Below, one piece after another: positions 44,134 to 53,700 of a stretch of DNA of 64,000 nucleotides. Every line of letters begins with the position of its first letter. Position 1 is the first letter of the stretch. Under the pieces are notes generated by a model that saw only the letters and a list, made by a program, of their open reading frames with translations, searched no databases and was not told where the DNA came from. The stretch is taken from assembly GCA_949373075.1 (NCBI GenBank), contig CASIBX010000040.1:6686-70685 (forward strand), in the 5' to 3' direction. This DNA comes from Candidatus Poseidoniaceae archaeon (GTDB lineage: Archaea > Thermoplasmatota > Poseidoniia > Poseidoniales > Poseidoniaceae). Position numbers and translations under genes: made by a program.

Positions 44134-44219
44134 ATGGTAGTCCAGACGGACTACATTGATGAACCAATTGCTGCTGAGATGTTACAAATGTTGATATGTG
44201 GGTTCCTCCACCTGTTCCT

Positions 44220-44549
44220 ATGTTCTGCCCAGAATGTGGTACATTGGCATTCCCTACTCCTACTGGTGTCATCAATTGCACCAATTACAAATGTGGATAT
44301 CAAGGTCCCCAAAATAAAGAATTTGCGAATGTCCAATCATCGACTAAAGCCGAGACTAGAGTCTATGAAGTCATCAAAGACTCTGATGAAATGAAAGGAG
44401 TGCTGACAATAGGTGATTACATCTGCCCTGATTTGAAATGTCAATCACGCGAAGTATATTCTTATCTTGAACAGACTCGATCATCAGATGAACCCGAAAC
44501 CCGTATGTTAACTTGCAAGGATTGCGGCAAGGGTTGGAGAGAATTCTGA
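44220..44549 (+). CDS. tfs: transcription factor S (TFS) / RNA polymerase subunit M family
   Basis: N-terminal zinc ribbon MFCPECGTLAFP...CTNYKCG. C-terminal TFIIS-type ribbon CPDLKC...QTRSSDEPETRMLTCKDCGKGW with the acidic DE hairpin. ATG at 44220. Confidence 0.9.
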   Translation: MFCPECGTLAFPTPTGVINCTNYKCGYQGPQNKEFANVQSSTKAETRVYEVIKDSDEMKGVLTIGDYICPDLKCQSREVYSYLEQTRSSDEPETRMLTCKDCGKGWREF

Positions 44550-44560
44550 AGTGGTTAAGT

Positions 44561-45136
44561 ATGCAAATACGAGTGCTATTCGCTTGTTTGCTATTATTGA
44601 TACCTGGCTGTGTATCTGAAGAAAGTCCTGAGTTTAACGGTAAAGACTTGGGTGAAATGGATACTTTCAAATTCACATTGAGTGACCAAAACCAATCGTC
44701 ATTTTCACTCGAAGATAGTGAGGGCAAGGTCGTAATCCTAGCATTCGTCTATACCCGGTGCGATGATGTCTGCCTGATGATTTCAAATAATCTCAAATCT
44801 GTCAAATCTCAATTAACTTCAGATGAACTTGAACAAGTTTCATTTGTCTCAGTTACAATTGATTGGAGGCATGACTCACCAGAAGTTCTGAAGAATTGGT
44901 CGGCAGACATGGGCTTAGATTGGCCACATCTAACCGATTGGAACTCCGACCAAATAAAGAACACATATTCTGAGTATGATGTAGTTCCATACGATGAAGA
45001 GGACTATCAAGACATACATCTTCAACCCGTGTACATTTTGGATTCAGATCTAAAAGGTCGAGTAATGTGGAGTGAATACGATTGGCCCATTGATTTATTC
45101 ATGGAAGATTTACGAACTGTAATCGATTTGGGGTGA
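44561..45136 (+). CDS. SCO1/SenC-family thioredoxin-fold copper chaperone, lipoprotein (paralogue 1)
   Basis: Lipobox LLLIPGC. CxxxC motif YTRCDDVC with a downstream His (DIHLQPVYIL). Confidence 0.8.
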   Translation: MQIRVLFACLLLLIPGCVSEESPEFNGKDLGEMDTFKFTLSDQNQSSFSLEDSEGKVVILAFVYTRCDDVCLMISNNLKSVKSQLTSDELEQVSFVSVTIDWRHDSPEVLKNWSADMGLDWPHLTDWNSDQIKNTYSEYDVVPYDEEDYQDIHLQPVYILDSDLKGRVMWSEYDWPIDLFMEDLRTVIDLG

Positions 45137-45140
45137 TGAA

Positions 45141-45734
45141 ATGAGGATTACTGCAATACTTCTGGCAGTAATGTTTCTTTTACCTGGTTGCACATCTGAG
45201 GATGATGTCGAAATCACATATAACGGTCGAGATTTGTCAGGTAGTGAAACCTACAAATTTACTCTAGAGAGTGCTGATGGAGACCTTTGGAGTCTAGAAG
45301 AACAACGTGGGAAAGTTGTGATATTAGTGTTCATGTTTACTAGGTGTGATAACACATGCCCTGTAACTAGCCAGAATGTAAAAATGGTTCAGGATACTCT
45401 GACAGATGATGAATTGGACAAAATTAGTATAGTCTCTGTAACAGTTGACAAGAGACATGATTCACCTTCAAAGTTACAGAATTGGACTGAAGACAGAGGA
45501 TATGATTGGCCTCACTTAACAGGCTCAGGCTCAGCTTTAGATATGGTTTACGAAACATATGGCGTATACCCATACGAAGAAGGCGACGACTCTGATGAAG
45601 GCTATACTGTAGCCCATCCGTCACCAACATACATCCTAGATTCAGGCCTCATGGGGAGAGTTGTTTGGTCAGATTATGATTTCCCGGTTGATTTATTTGT
45701 AGAGGACGTAAGAACAGTTCTCAAGAATTACTGA
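45141..45734 (+). CDS. SCO1/SenC-family thioredoxin-fold copper chaperone, lipoprotein (paralogue 2)
   Basis: Lipobox FLLPGC. CxxxC motif FTRCDNTC with a downstream His (VAHPSPTYIL). By eye, roughly half of its positions are identical to the upstream paralogue. Confidence 0.8.
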   Translation: MRITAILLAVMFLLPGCTSEDDVEITYNGRDLSGSETYKFTLESADGDLWSLEEQRGKVVILVFMFTRCDNTCPVTSQNVKMVQDTLTDDELDKISIVSVTVDKRHDSPSKLQNWTEDRGYDWPHLTGSGSALDMVYETYGVYPYEEGDDSDEGYTVAHPSPTYILDSGLMGRVVWSDYDFPVDLFVEDVRTVLKNY

Positions 45735-46538
45735 TTACTTCTGGCAAGAACTACACCAGAATGTAGAGCGTCCACCTTGGACCAGTCTCTCAATAATCTC
45801 TCCACATTCACAATCGGCTCCTTCCTTATCATACACCTTGAACTGGTGAATGAAATATCCAAGAGTTCCGTCAACACCTGCAAAGTCTCTCAACGATGAG
45901 CCACCAACTCGAATAGCTTCTGAAAGTATTATTTTTATTTCATTAACTAAAATTTCACATTCTTTCATTGTGATCGTATTTGACAAACGAGTCGGAGAAA
46001 TCTTGCTTCTGTTTAGCGCTTCACACGCATAGATATTACCGACTCCAACCACAACCTTTTGGTCCAGTATACAGATTTTGACAGGGCTTTTTCTTCTTTG
46101 CAATTTCTCATAAAGGTCCGTTGCAGGCCATTCTTCTAGAGGCTCTGGACCTAAATGGTCTAGCAACTTGTGGGAGCCTCCTGAGTAAATATCCATTACA
46201 CCAAATCTTCTTGGGTCATTGTATACAGACATCGTTCCGTCATCGAGATAGATGACGACATGGTCATGTTTGCCCTCACAATCACTAGCATCTAGTGTCC
46301 ATTTACCACTCATTCCTAAATGGGAAAGTAAGATGTCATCATTATCAAGGTCGATTAAGAGATACTTTGCACGCCTTCTAATTGCAGTTATCGTTCTTCC
46401 AGTAAGCCGTTTATCAAGGTCTTCAGGAAATGGAAAACGTAGTCCTTCTCTGCGTAAATCGACGCCTTCAATTCGCTTACCAATCCATGAACGAGACAGC
46501 CCGGTGCGGACGGTTTCGACTTCAGGAAGCTCTGGCAT
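45735..46538 (-). CDS. mutM: formamidopyrimidine-DNA glycosylase (Fpg/MutM-Nei family)
   Basis: N-terminal MPELPEVETVR (catalytic Pro2/Glu3), H2TH region, C-terminal zinc finger CECGEIIERLVQGGRSTFWCSSC. Confidence 0.9.
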   Translation of the reverse strand: MPELPEVETVRTGLSRSWIGKRIEGVDLRREGLRFPFPEDLDKRLTGRTITAIRRRAKYLLIDLDNDDILLSHLGMSGKWTLDASDCEGKHDHVVIYLDDGTMSVYNDPRRFGVMDIYSGGSHKLLDHLGPEPLEEWPATDLYEKLQRRKSPVKICILDQKVVVGVGNIYACEALNRSKISPTRLSNTITMKECEILVNEIKIILSEAIRVGGSSLRDFAGVDGTLGYFIHQFKVYDKEGADCECGEIIERLVQGGRSTFWCSSCQK

Positions 46539-46576
46539 ATCTGGTTGTTTTCACTTGACATCAATAGTATTGATTG

Positions 46577-47185
46577 TCATAGACCAGATAGTTTGTATGC
46601 AGTCCAAATTGCCAAACCGATCATCAAAACCCCTGTAGCGACATTCAAACTACGCTGATTCTGCTCGATTTTCGCTAATATTGTAGATTTAGATAACAAA
46701 AGAGCGACTATCACATACCAGACAGTATCGATTGTCATTCCCATTCCAGCAATTACCCATTTTGTATCGTTTGACATCGATGGGTCGAGTACACTAGAGA
46801 GTACTGCGAGCATGAATACTGCAATTTTGGGGTTTAGAAAGGCGATGAAGAATCCTTCGAAAAACCCTTCACGCTTGCCTTCTGATTGAACTATGACTTT
46901 TGCTTCACTACGAATCATCCCAATCCCAAGGTAGAGTAGAAAAAATCCGCCAATAATTTGCATTAGTGTGAATATATCAGGGTTTTTCTCCATTATCACA
47001 ACCAAACCGAATACTACGCTAACCGCATAGAAACCGAATCCAATTCCGTGCCCAACAGCGCACGCTAAACCTCGAGACCTCCCTCCAATCATTGTGTTGC
47101 GCAGAATTACTGCTAATGATGGACCAGGTGAAGTTGCACCGAGAATAAACATCACGGCTGCTGCTGAAATTGCAGTTATGTCCAC
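46577..47185 (-). CDS. LysE/RhtB-family amino-acid exporter
   Basis: 202 aa, six TMs, N-terminal ATSPGPSLAVIL motif typical of LysE-type translocators. Confidence 0.8.
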   Translation of the reverse strand: MDITAISAAAVMFILGATSPGPSLAVILRNTMIGGRSRGLACAVGHGIGFGFYAVSVVFGLVVIMEKNPDIFTLMQIIGGFFLLYLGIGMIRSEAKVIVQSEGKREGFFEGFFIAFLNPKIAVFMLAVLSSVLDPSMSNDTKWVIAGMGMTIDTVWYVIVALLLSKSTILAKIEQNQRSLNVATGVLMIGLAIWTAYKLSGL

Positions 47186-47226
47186 GCCTGTCGCAAAGTG
47201 TCAGTGCCAATGACCTTTCTGTAAGT

Positions 47227-47388
47227 TCAACCGAAGAAAGTGATAGTGTGTGCTCCTAATCTCTTTGCCGTTTCCATAGATGCATGGTCCATATGTGCTT
47301 GAACAATAACATTGTCAAGGACAGCAACTGTTGCCTTGACTAATGATTCTGCTGCGGTTGGACGTTGTTTGGTACTCTCGCTCGCCAT
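47227..47388 (-). CDS. possible small protein (53 aa), below the track cutoff
   Basis: MASESTKQRPTAAESLVKATVAVLDNVIVQAHMDHASMETAKRLGAHTITFFG. A TAAATAT-like element lies about 30 nt upstream of the ATG. No family recognised. Confidence 0.25.
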   Translation of the reverse strand: MASESTKQRPTAAESLVKATVAVLDNVIVQAHMDHASMETAKRLGAHTITFFG

Positions 47389-47633
47389 GTGCGTACATTA
47401 TTCTTCTACGCATATTTACCTTTGTCTCGATGCATCAAAAGGCAGACGTCTAGCCTGTGACGGAATCCTGAGATTGGATTCCGGAAGATGGTATTTCATT
47501 TTCCACAATTGAGAATTTCGATTTCAGATAATGGTAAATTGTAATTAAAAAGTCTAGTTTTTATTGCTAGTTTAGATTTTGTCGAGTAAAATCAAACGGT
47601 GAGTCCATAAGAGATAGGCAGCCGCCTCGCAGT

Positions 47634-49310
47634 ATGTCCCGCGAATTAATCCGCGTCGAAGGTGTAGACCGTTCATTCGGTGCAGTCACCGTTTTACAGG
47701 ACATCAACATTATGGTGACAGAGGGTGACCGAATCGGAATAGTCGGCCACAATGGTGCTGGAAAGACAACACTGCTCAATACCATTTCAGAACAAAAGCA
47801 GGACGTAGGGGATATCGAATTTGCCTCTGGAATCCGCATTGCATACCTTACTCAGATTCGAGACATAGATGAAGATTCAACTATCGAAGAAGAGTTATCT
47901 CGTAAAGGGCGCCAATTTCAGGAGTTGGAAGAAGAGATCGCAGCGATTGAGGCACAGATGGTTGACCCTTCATTCTATGACGGCAACTGGCAACCTGTTA
48001 TGGAGAGATATTCTGAACTCCAAACAATGCTTGGAGCATCAGGTGGAGGAAATGTTGCTAATATCGCCAAGGCGATTTTGGAGATGCTCGGACTTGACCA
48101 GCATCCAATGGAGATGAAAGTCAACAAATTATCAGGTGGAGAGAAAGCCAAACTTGCTCTTGCTCGCCAACTTGTTGGTCTTGCTGGAGTCGACGTAATA
48201 TTCCTTGACGAGCCGACCAACCATTTGGATATTGAGACCACTGAGTGGCTAGAAGAATTCATCAATGAATTCGTAGGGGCTCAACTAATCGTTTCTCACG
48301 ACAGATATTTCCTAGACCAAGTTTGTACTAGGATTGTTGAAATAGATAATCTTCGCAATTGGAATTACAAAGGTAATTATTCTGAGTTCCTAAAACAAAA
48401 AGAAAACTTCCTAGCAGCACTCGATGACAGAATCAAGAATGTGGAGAAGAAAATTGCCCACACTCAAAGTGCTCTACGTTCAATGAAGTCTGCTAACAAA
48501 TTCGACAAGTCGATTTCAGCAAAGCACAAGATGATAGAGAGGATGCAACAAGAACTCAAAGCTCTGTACGGTCGTAAACCCAAGCAGCGCAAAGGTTTAC
48601 GATTCAATCTTGAAGCAGCCGATAAGTCAAGTAATGACATTATTCAATTTCTTGGGGCTTCTAAGAGATTCGAGGGATTAAAGCGTCCAATTTTGAATAA
48701 CCAAGATTTGGAAATTTCCAAAGGCGACAGAATTGGTATTGTTGGAGGAAATGGACAAGGTAAAACCACTCTTCTGAAGATGATAACTGGTGATGAAAAA
48801 ATAGACTCGGGAACGAGAGACCTTGCACCAGGTGCTATCATCGGTTACTATCACCAAGACCACCGCACTCTTGATTTCAATCTGAATGCAGTAGAACAGG
48901 TCGAGATTTTGCGTCCTGATATGTCGTACGGAGAAGTTCGAGCAGCATTAGGGAGATTCCAGTTTGCCAAAGAAAATGTAACTACTCCTCTCGGGAAACT
49001 TTCTGGTGGAGAAAGAGCACGTATCGCTTTATTGAAGATTTTACTTGAAGAGAATAATCTACTACTGTTGGATGAACCAACAAACCACTTAGATATGGAT
49101 GCTAAAGAAACGCTTGAAGGTTCTTTGATCTATTATGATGGAGCAATAGTTACCGTAAGTCACGACAGATGGTTCCTAGACCAAGTTGTTAACCAGATTT
49201 GGGAGTTAGATGGCGGAATAGTAACCAAATATTATGGGAACTATACCGATTACATCAGGAAGAAGAAGGGCCTTCCTGCTCTTGTGGACGGAGAAGAACC
49301 GGACCAGTAA
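47634..49310 (+). CDS. ABC-F family ATPase (two NBDs, no TMD; translation-factor type)
   Basis: Walker A GHNGAGKTT and GGNGQGKTT. Signatures LSGGEKAKL and LSGGERARI. Two copies of LDEPTNHLD. A charged inter-domain linker. VSHDRYFLD and VSHDRWFLD motifs typical of ABC-F. Confidence 0.9.
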   Translation: MSRELIRVEGVDRSFGAVTVLQDINIMVTEGDRIGIVGHNGAGKTTLLNTISEQKQDVGDIEFASGIRIAYLTQIRDIDEDSTIEEELSRKGRQFQELEEEIAAIEAQMVDPSFYDGNWQPVMERYSELQTMLGASGGGNVANIAKAILEMLGLDQHPMEMKVNKLSGGEKAKLALARQLVGLAGVDVIFLDEPTNHLDIETTEWLEEFINEFVGAQLIVSHDRYFLDQVCTRIVEIDNLRNWNYKGNYSEFLKQKENFLAALDDRIKNVEKKIAHTQSALRSMKSANKFDKSISAKHKMIERMQQELKALYGRKPKQRKGLRFNLEAADKSSNDIIQFLGASKRFEGLKRPILNNQDLEISKGDRIGIVGGNGQGKTTLLKMITGDEKIDSGTRDLAPGAIIGYYHQDHRTLDFNLNAVEQVEILRPDMSYGEVRAALGRFQFAKENVTTPLGKLSGGERARIALLKILLEENNLLLLDEPTNHLDMDAKETLEGSLIYYDGAIVTVSHDRWFLDQVVNQIWELDGGIVTKYYGNYTDYIRKKKGLPALVDGEEPDQ

Positions 49311-50700
49311 TCAGTGCTCTTGAAAGATAAGGTGGAATATCGTCGGCCACCATTCCAGGGCCGATTTGTTCACCTGCTAAATTACCTGCAGTTCTCATCA
49401 AATGAATTCCCAATCTAGATGCTGACCAAGGCGACAAACCAAGCCCGAGCAGTCCACCTATACAACCAGCCAGCAGGTCACCAGTTCCCCCCATCGCCAT
49501 GCGCGGATTTCCACCACTACCTATTCCTCCGCGCCCACCTGAACCAATTAAGATGTCCTCAGGTCCAGTTCTAATCACTACTCGACTCTCGCCCGAACCT
49601 GCCAATAAACCTGGAATTGAATCAATATCCTCAATCCAGTTTTCTAATTCTCTTTGATGAGGCGTTACAACTCCAATCAGGCTTTGAGGCCAGCCTTCCA
49701 ATGCTTTGATAGCGTCTGCATCAATCACTTTTGGAATATTTGGAGTCGCTTGAATTAGCATCCGAACCGCTTCAAGAGAAGCGGGGTCATCACCCATTCC
49801 CGGACCGATTACCATAGCCTGAACTCCTCTTCCTGTCATGCAACGTTTTACCAATCCTGAAACTTCAGTGATTATTTCTTGGTCTGTCATTGGCTCTTGA
49901 ATCAATTCACTAGGCCACTTTGCCCTTGCAGCAGCCTCCTTTGGCATTGCAACATGAACTAGGTCAACCCCCATTCTTGCAGCAGCCATTCCTGAAAGAA
50001 TTGGGGCTCCGTGATAGGGGCCTCCTCCAATAATCAGAACCCTACCTCTGTCTCCTTTGATTTGGCCTTCTTGTGGATGCGGGTAACGTAGTAGATCTCC
50101 CGGGCCAGGGTCTAGAGTTTCTTCTGGCCAACCTATTGGTGCGATGAATAAGTCTCCTACTTCTGGCAATAGTTTACCATTTGAGTCAATCATATTTGAT
50201 TTTGGAGCTTCGAATGTTACGGTTCTGAATGCATTAAAGGAGATACCTGAGCCACATCCTGTTGGCATATCACATGCTAAAGCCATTGGCCTTCCTGGAA
50301 TTGCTTCCATTAATTTGAGAACTTCACCTCTCGGTTTACCGTATATGCCAGCACCAAGTAGGCAATCAACAATCACTGCAGGGGGTTGAGGAGGTAGGTT
50401 TTCGATTGAATGAATATTTCCTTTCCAGTCCTCTCTAGCCCTCTGTGCAAGGGCATTCTTTTGCTTGTCATGTGTTGCGATAACTTTGCATCCTTCTAGC
50501 ATAGTTGCTAATCTGAAACCATCTCCTCCATTGTTGCCTGGCCCACATAATATCCAGATTGGTTTGGGTGCTCCTTCTAGTGCATTTGCAAGATGTTCTG
50601 CTGCAGTTCTCATCAACTCATCCATATTGGCGCCTAATGCTTCGGCATTGGCGTCGAGGATAGCGACCTCATGTGGAGCCATTATCCAACGGGGTCGCAT
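49255..50700 (-). CDS. nnr: bifunctional NAD(P)H-hydrate repair enzyme Nnr (epimerase + ADP-dependent dehydratase)
   Basis: YjeF-N motif LCGPGNNGGDG. C-terminal carbohydrate-kinase motifs IIGGGPYHGAPILSGMAA and GTGDLLAGCIGGLL. Start is ATG at 50700 or 50682; the track GTG is at 50715. Confidence 0.85.
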   Translation of the reverse strand: MRPRWIMAPHEVAILDANAEALGANMDELMRTAAEHLANALEGAPKPIWILCGPGNNGGDGFRLATMLEGCKVIATHDKQKNALAQRAREDWKGNIHSIENLPPQPPAVIVDCLLGAGIYGKPRGEVLKLMEAIPGRPMALACDMPTGCGSGISFNAFRTVTFEAPKSNMIDSNGKLLPEVGDLFIAPIGWPEETLDPGPGDLLRYPHPQEGQIKGDRGRVLIIGGGPYHGAPILSGMAAARMGVDLVHVAMPKEAAARAKWPSELIQEPMTDQEIITEVSGLVKRCMTGRGVQAMVIGPGMGDDPASLEAVRMLIQATPNIPKVIDADAIKALEGWPQSLIGVVTPHQRELENWIEDIDSIPGLLAGSGESRVVIRTGPEDILIGSGGRGGIGSGGNPRMAMGGTGDLLAGCIGGLLGLGLSPWSASRLGIHLMRTAGNLAGEQIGPGMVADDIPPYLSRALITGPVLLRPQEQEGPSSS

Positions 50701-50742
50701 ACAACTCGCACCCACTTCTAGGCTTTTGATTACAACGGTATC

Positions 50743-53700
50743 ATGATGAACGAATGTATGCTCCGTAGAAGCATGTCGGAGGAGGCGCCGGTGTTTGAAA
50801 CCACGACCGGACCGGTTCGTGTTATCACTGCTGCAAGCCTATTCGATGGCCATGATGCAGCAATCAATGTCATGCGACGTTTGATTCAGAGCAGTGGTGC
50901 TGAAGTTATTCACCTTGGACATGATAGATCTGCAAAAGATGTGGTTGATTGTGCGGTGCAAGAAGATGCACATGCAATTGCTTTGACTTCCTACCAAGGT
51001 GGTCACATGGAATATTTCACTTACATTCGTCAATTACTAGATGAAGCAGGCTGTGAACATATCCGCATCTTTGGCGGCGGTGGCGGAACAATTACTCCGC
51101 CTGAGATTAGAGATTTACACAATAGTGGCATTTCCAAAATCTATTCTCCCGATGATGGCCGCAAAATGGGATTAATGGGAATGATCCACGATTTAATGAG
51201 TACTGCAAGCGAAGTTGATTTGATTACAGACAATAGAATAAACAGTCTAGAAGGGCCCATTACCGCTGATGATATGTCCAAGGTTGGTCTATTGCTTACT
51301 CTTTCTGAATCTGCTAGTGATGATGAGTTCAAAGCGACTCTAGACAAAGTTCGCTCCAGCGATTCGGATGTACCAGTGATTGGTTTTACAGGTACTGGTG
51401 GTGCAGGTAAGAGCAGTCTTCTAGACGAATTGATGCTACGCATTCTCCGTGATAATCCTGACAAGAAAGTGTGCTTGCTCTGTGTAGATCCGACTCGTAA
51501 GAGAACTGGCGGTGCACTACTTGGCGACCGTATAAGAATGAATTCACTTTCCAATAACAATCTCTTCATGCGTTCTTTAGCGAGCCGTGGAAGTGGCTCA
51601 GAAATCAGTGCGAACTTAGACCGAGCAATCGAGGCAGCAAAGGCAGTTGGATTCGATTTGATTTTCTGTGAGACTAGCGGTATTGGTCAAGGCAGTGATG
51701 CGATTACTACTGTCTCTGACCGCTCGTTATACGTTATGACTGCCGAGTTCGGAGCCCACACTCAGTTAGAGAAAATCGAGATGCTTGATGTTGCAGACTT
51801 AGTAATTCTAAACAAGTATGAAAAGCGTGGTAGTGAAGATGCTTTACGGGCAATCAGAAAACAGGTTCGACGTAACAGAAACATGTTTGAAAATGCTGAT
51901 GAGGATTTACCAGTAGTTGCAACAATTGCTAGCCAATTTGCAGACCCTGGTGTAGATGTTCTTTGGCAGAAATTAGCCGCAATGGTAGATTTCAATTCAA
52001 GTGAACCGATTGGAATAATCGGTGAACGTAAAGGAGTAATTCCTCCTGAAAGAGTTCACTATCTATCTGAGATTTCTTCTGTAGTACGTGATTACCATGC
52101 TCAAAATGGTTCAGTTTCTGAAAAACTTCGTACTATCCAGCATTTAGAAACTGCATGCAAGGAGTTGCCTTCGATAAAGAGCGAAGTCGATGAACACTTA
52201 GCCGAATTACGCGAAGAAGTTGTTGAAGCAAAACAAGTGGTATCTGACTTCCGAGATTTAGCAGAACAGTACTCCAGTGGTGAATACACATACTATGTTC
52301 GTGGAAAACCATTCACAGTCTCAACCGTGACTGAATCACTATCACACCAGATGATTCCTCGTGTGTCTCTCCCTAAATTTACTGATGATGGAGACATGTA
52401 CAATTGGGTCAGCAGAGAAAATGCACCTGGTCATTTCCCTTTCACTTCAGGAGTATTCCCATTCAAGCGAACCGACGAGTTGAGTGCTCGTATGTTCGCA
52501 GGTGAAGGAGAAGGTGAGAGAACTAATCGTAGATTCCATCTTCTTTCTCAAGGCCAAGATTACGTTCGTCTATCAACTGCCTTCGACAGTGTAACTCTGT
52601 ATGGGCGTGACCCAGACCCTCGCCCAGATATTTGGGGTAAGGTCGGTAACTCGGGAGTTTCTATCGCTAGCATTGATGATGCAAAGCGCCTCTATTCTGG
52701 ATTTGATTTGTGTGATGCAAATACTTCTGTTTCAATGACAATAAATGGGCCAGCTCCAGTTATTCTTGCATTCTATCTCAATGCAGCAATCGACCAACAA
52801 GTCGAGAAGCATCTGCAATTAGAAGCAGATGCAAGTGGTTACCGTGGTGATTTACCTGAAGGTCACAATGGATTTGGTCTGGTAACAGTCGGAAAGAGAG
52901 GAGACGAAATGGTTGATGCAGCAACATATGCAGAAATCAAGGCAAAGACTCTTCAAACAGTTAGAGGAACAGTTCAGGCTGATATTCTCAAAGAAGACCA
53001 GGCGCAAAATACCTGTATTTTTTCTACACCATTCGCTCTCAAGATGATGGGAGATGTACAGCAGTACTACATTGACAATGGAGTGCGCAACCACTACTCG
53101 GTTTCAATTTCCGGCTACCATATCGCAGAAGCAGGTGCAAATCCAATCACTCAACTTGCTTTGACATTGGCAAACGGTTTCACCTATGTTGAGTATTACC
53201 GAAGCAGAGGAATGGATGTTGCAGAGTTTGCACCTAACCTCTCTTTCTTCTTCTCTAATGGCCTAGACCCAGAATACACAGTCATTGGAAGAGTTGCTCG
53301 CCGTATATGGGCTGTAACTATGCGTGACTTGTATGGTGCAGATGCTCGCAGTCAGAAGCTCAAGTATCATATTCAGACTAGTGGGCGAAGTCTTCACGCA
53401 CAAGAAATAGATTTCAACGATATCCGTACAACCTTGCAGGCACTATTGGCGATTCAAGACAATGCAAACTCGCTGCACACCAACGCATACGATGAAGCGA
53501 TTACCACTCCAACCGAGGAATCGGTCAGAAGGGCACTCGCAATCCAGTTGATTGTCAACAAGGAAAGCGGTTGGACAAAGACAGAGAACCCAATGCAGGG
53601 TTCATTCATCGTTGAGGAATTGACTGACTTGGTTGAGGAAGCAGTTCTGCAAGAGTTCGAAGCTCTCTCTCGCAGAGGTGGAGTTTTGGGTGCGATGGAG

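Noticed and set aside
44155-44215. Possible C/D box sRNA next to nop5/fibrillarin: TTGATGA (44156..44162), then 11 nt, CTGA (44174..44177), and a C'-like TGATAT (44192..44197)
   Set aside because: No terminal D box (CTGA) occurs at the expected 10-12 nt after the C'-like box, and there is no terminal stem. The region doubles as the TFS promoter/5' end. The box matches are short enough to arise by chance.
47312-47512. 66-aa plus-strand ORF in the long intergenic gap
   Set aside because: It starts at a non-ATG codon, has no RBS, and is Cys/Arg/Leu-rich with no motif. It is antisense to a slightly more plausible 53-aa ORF. Neither is strongly supported.
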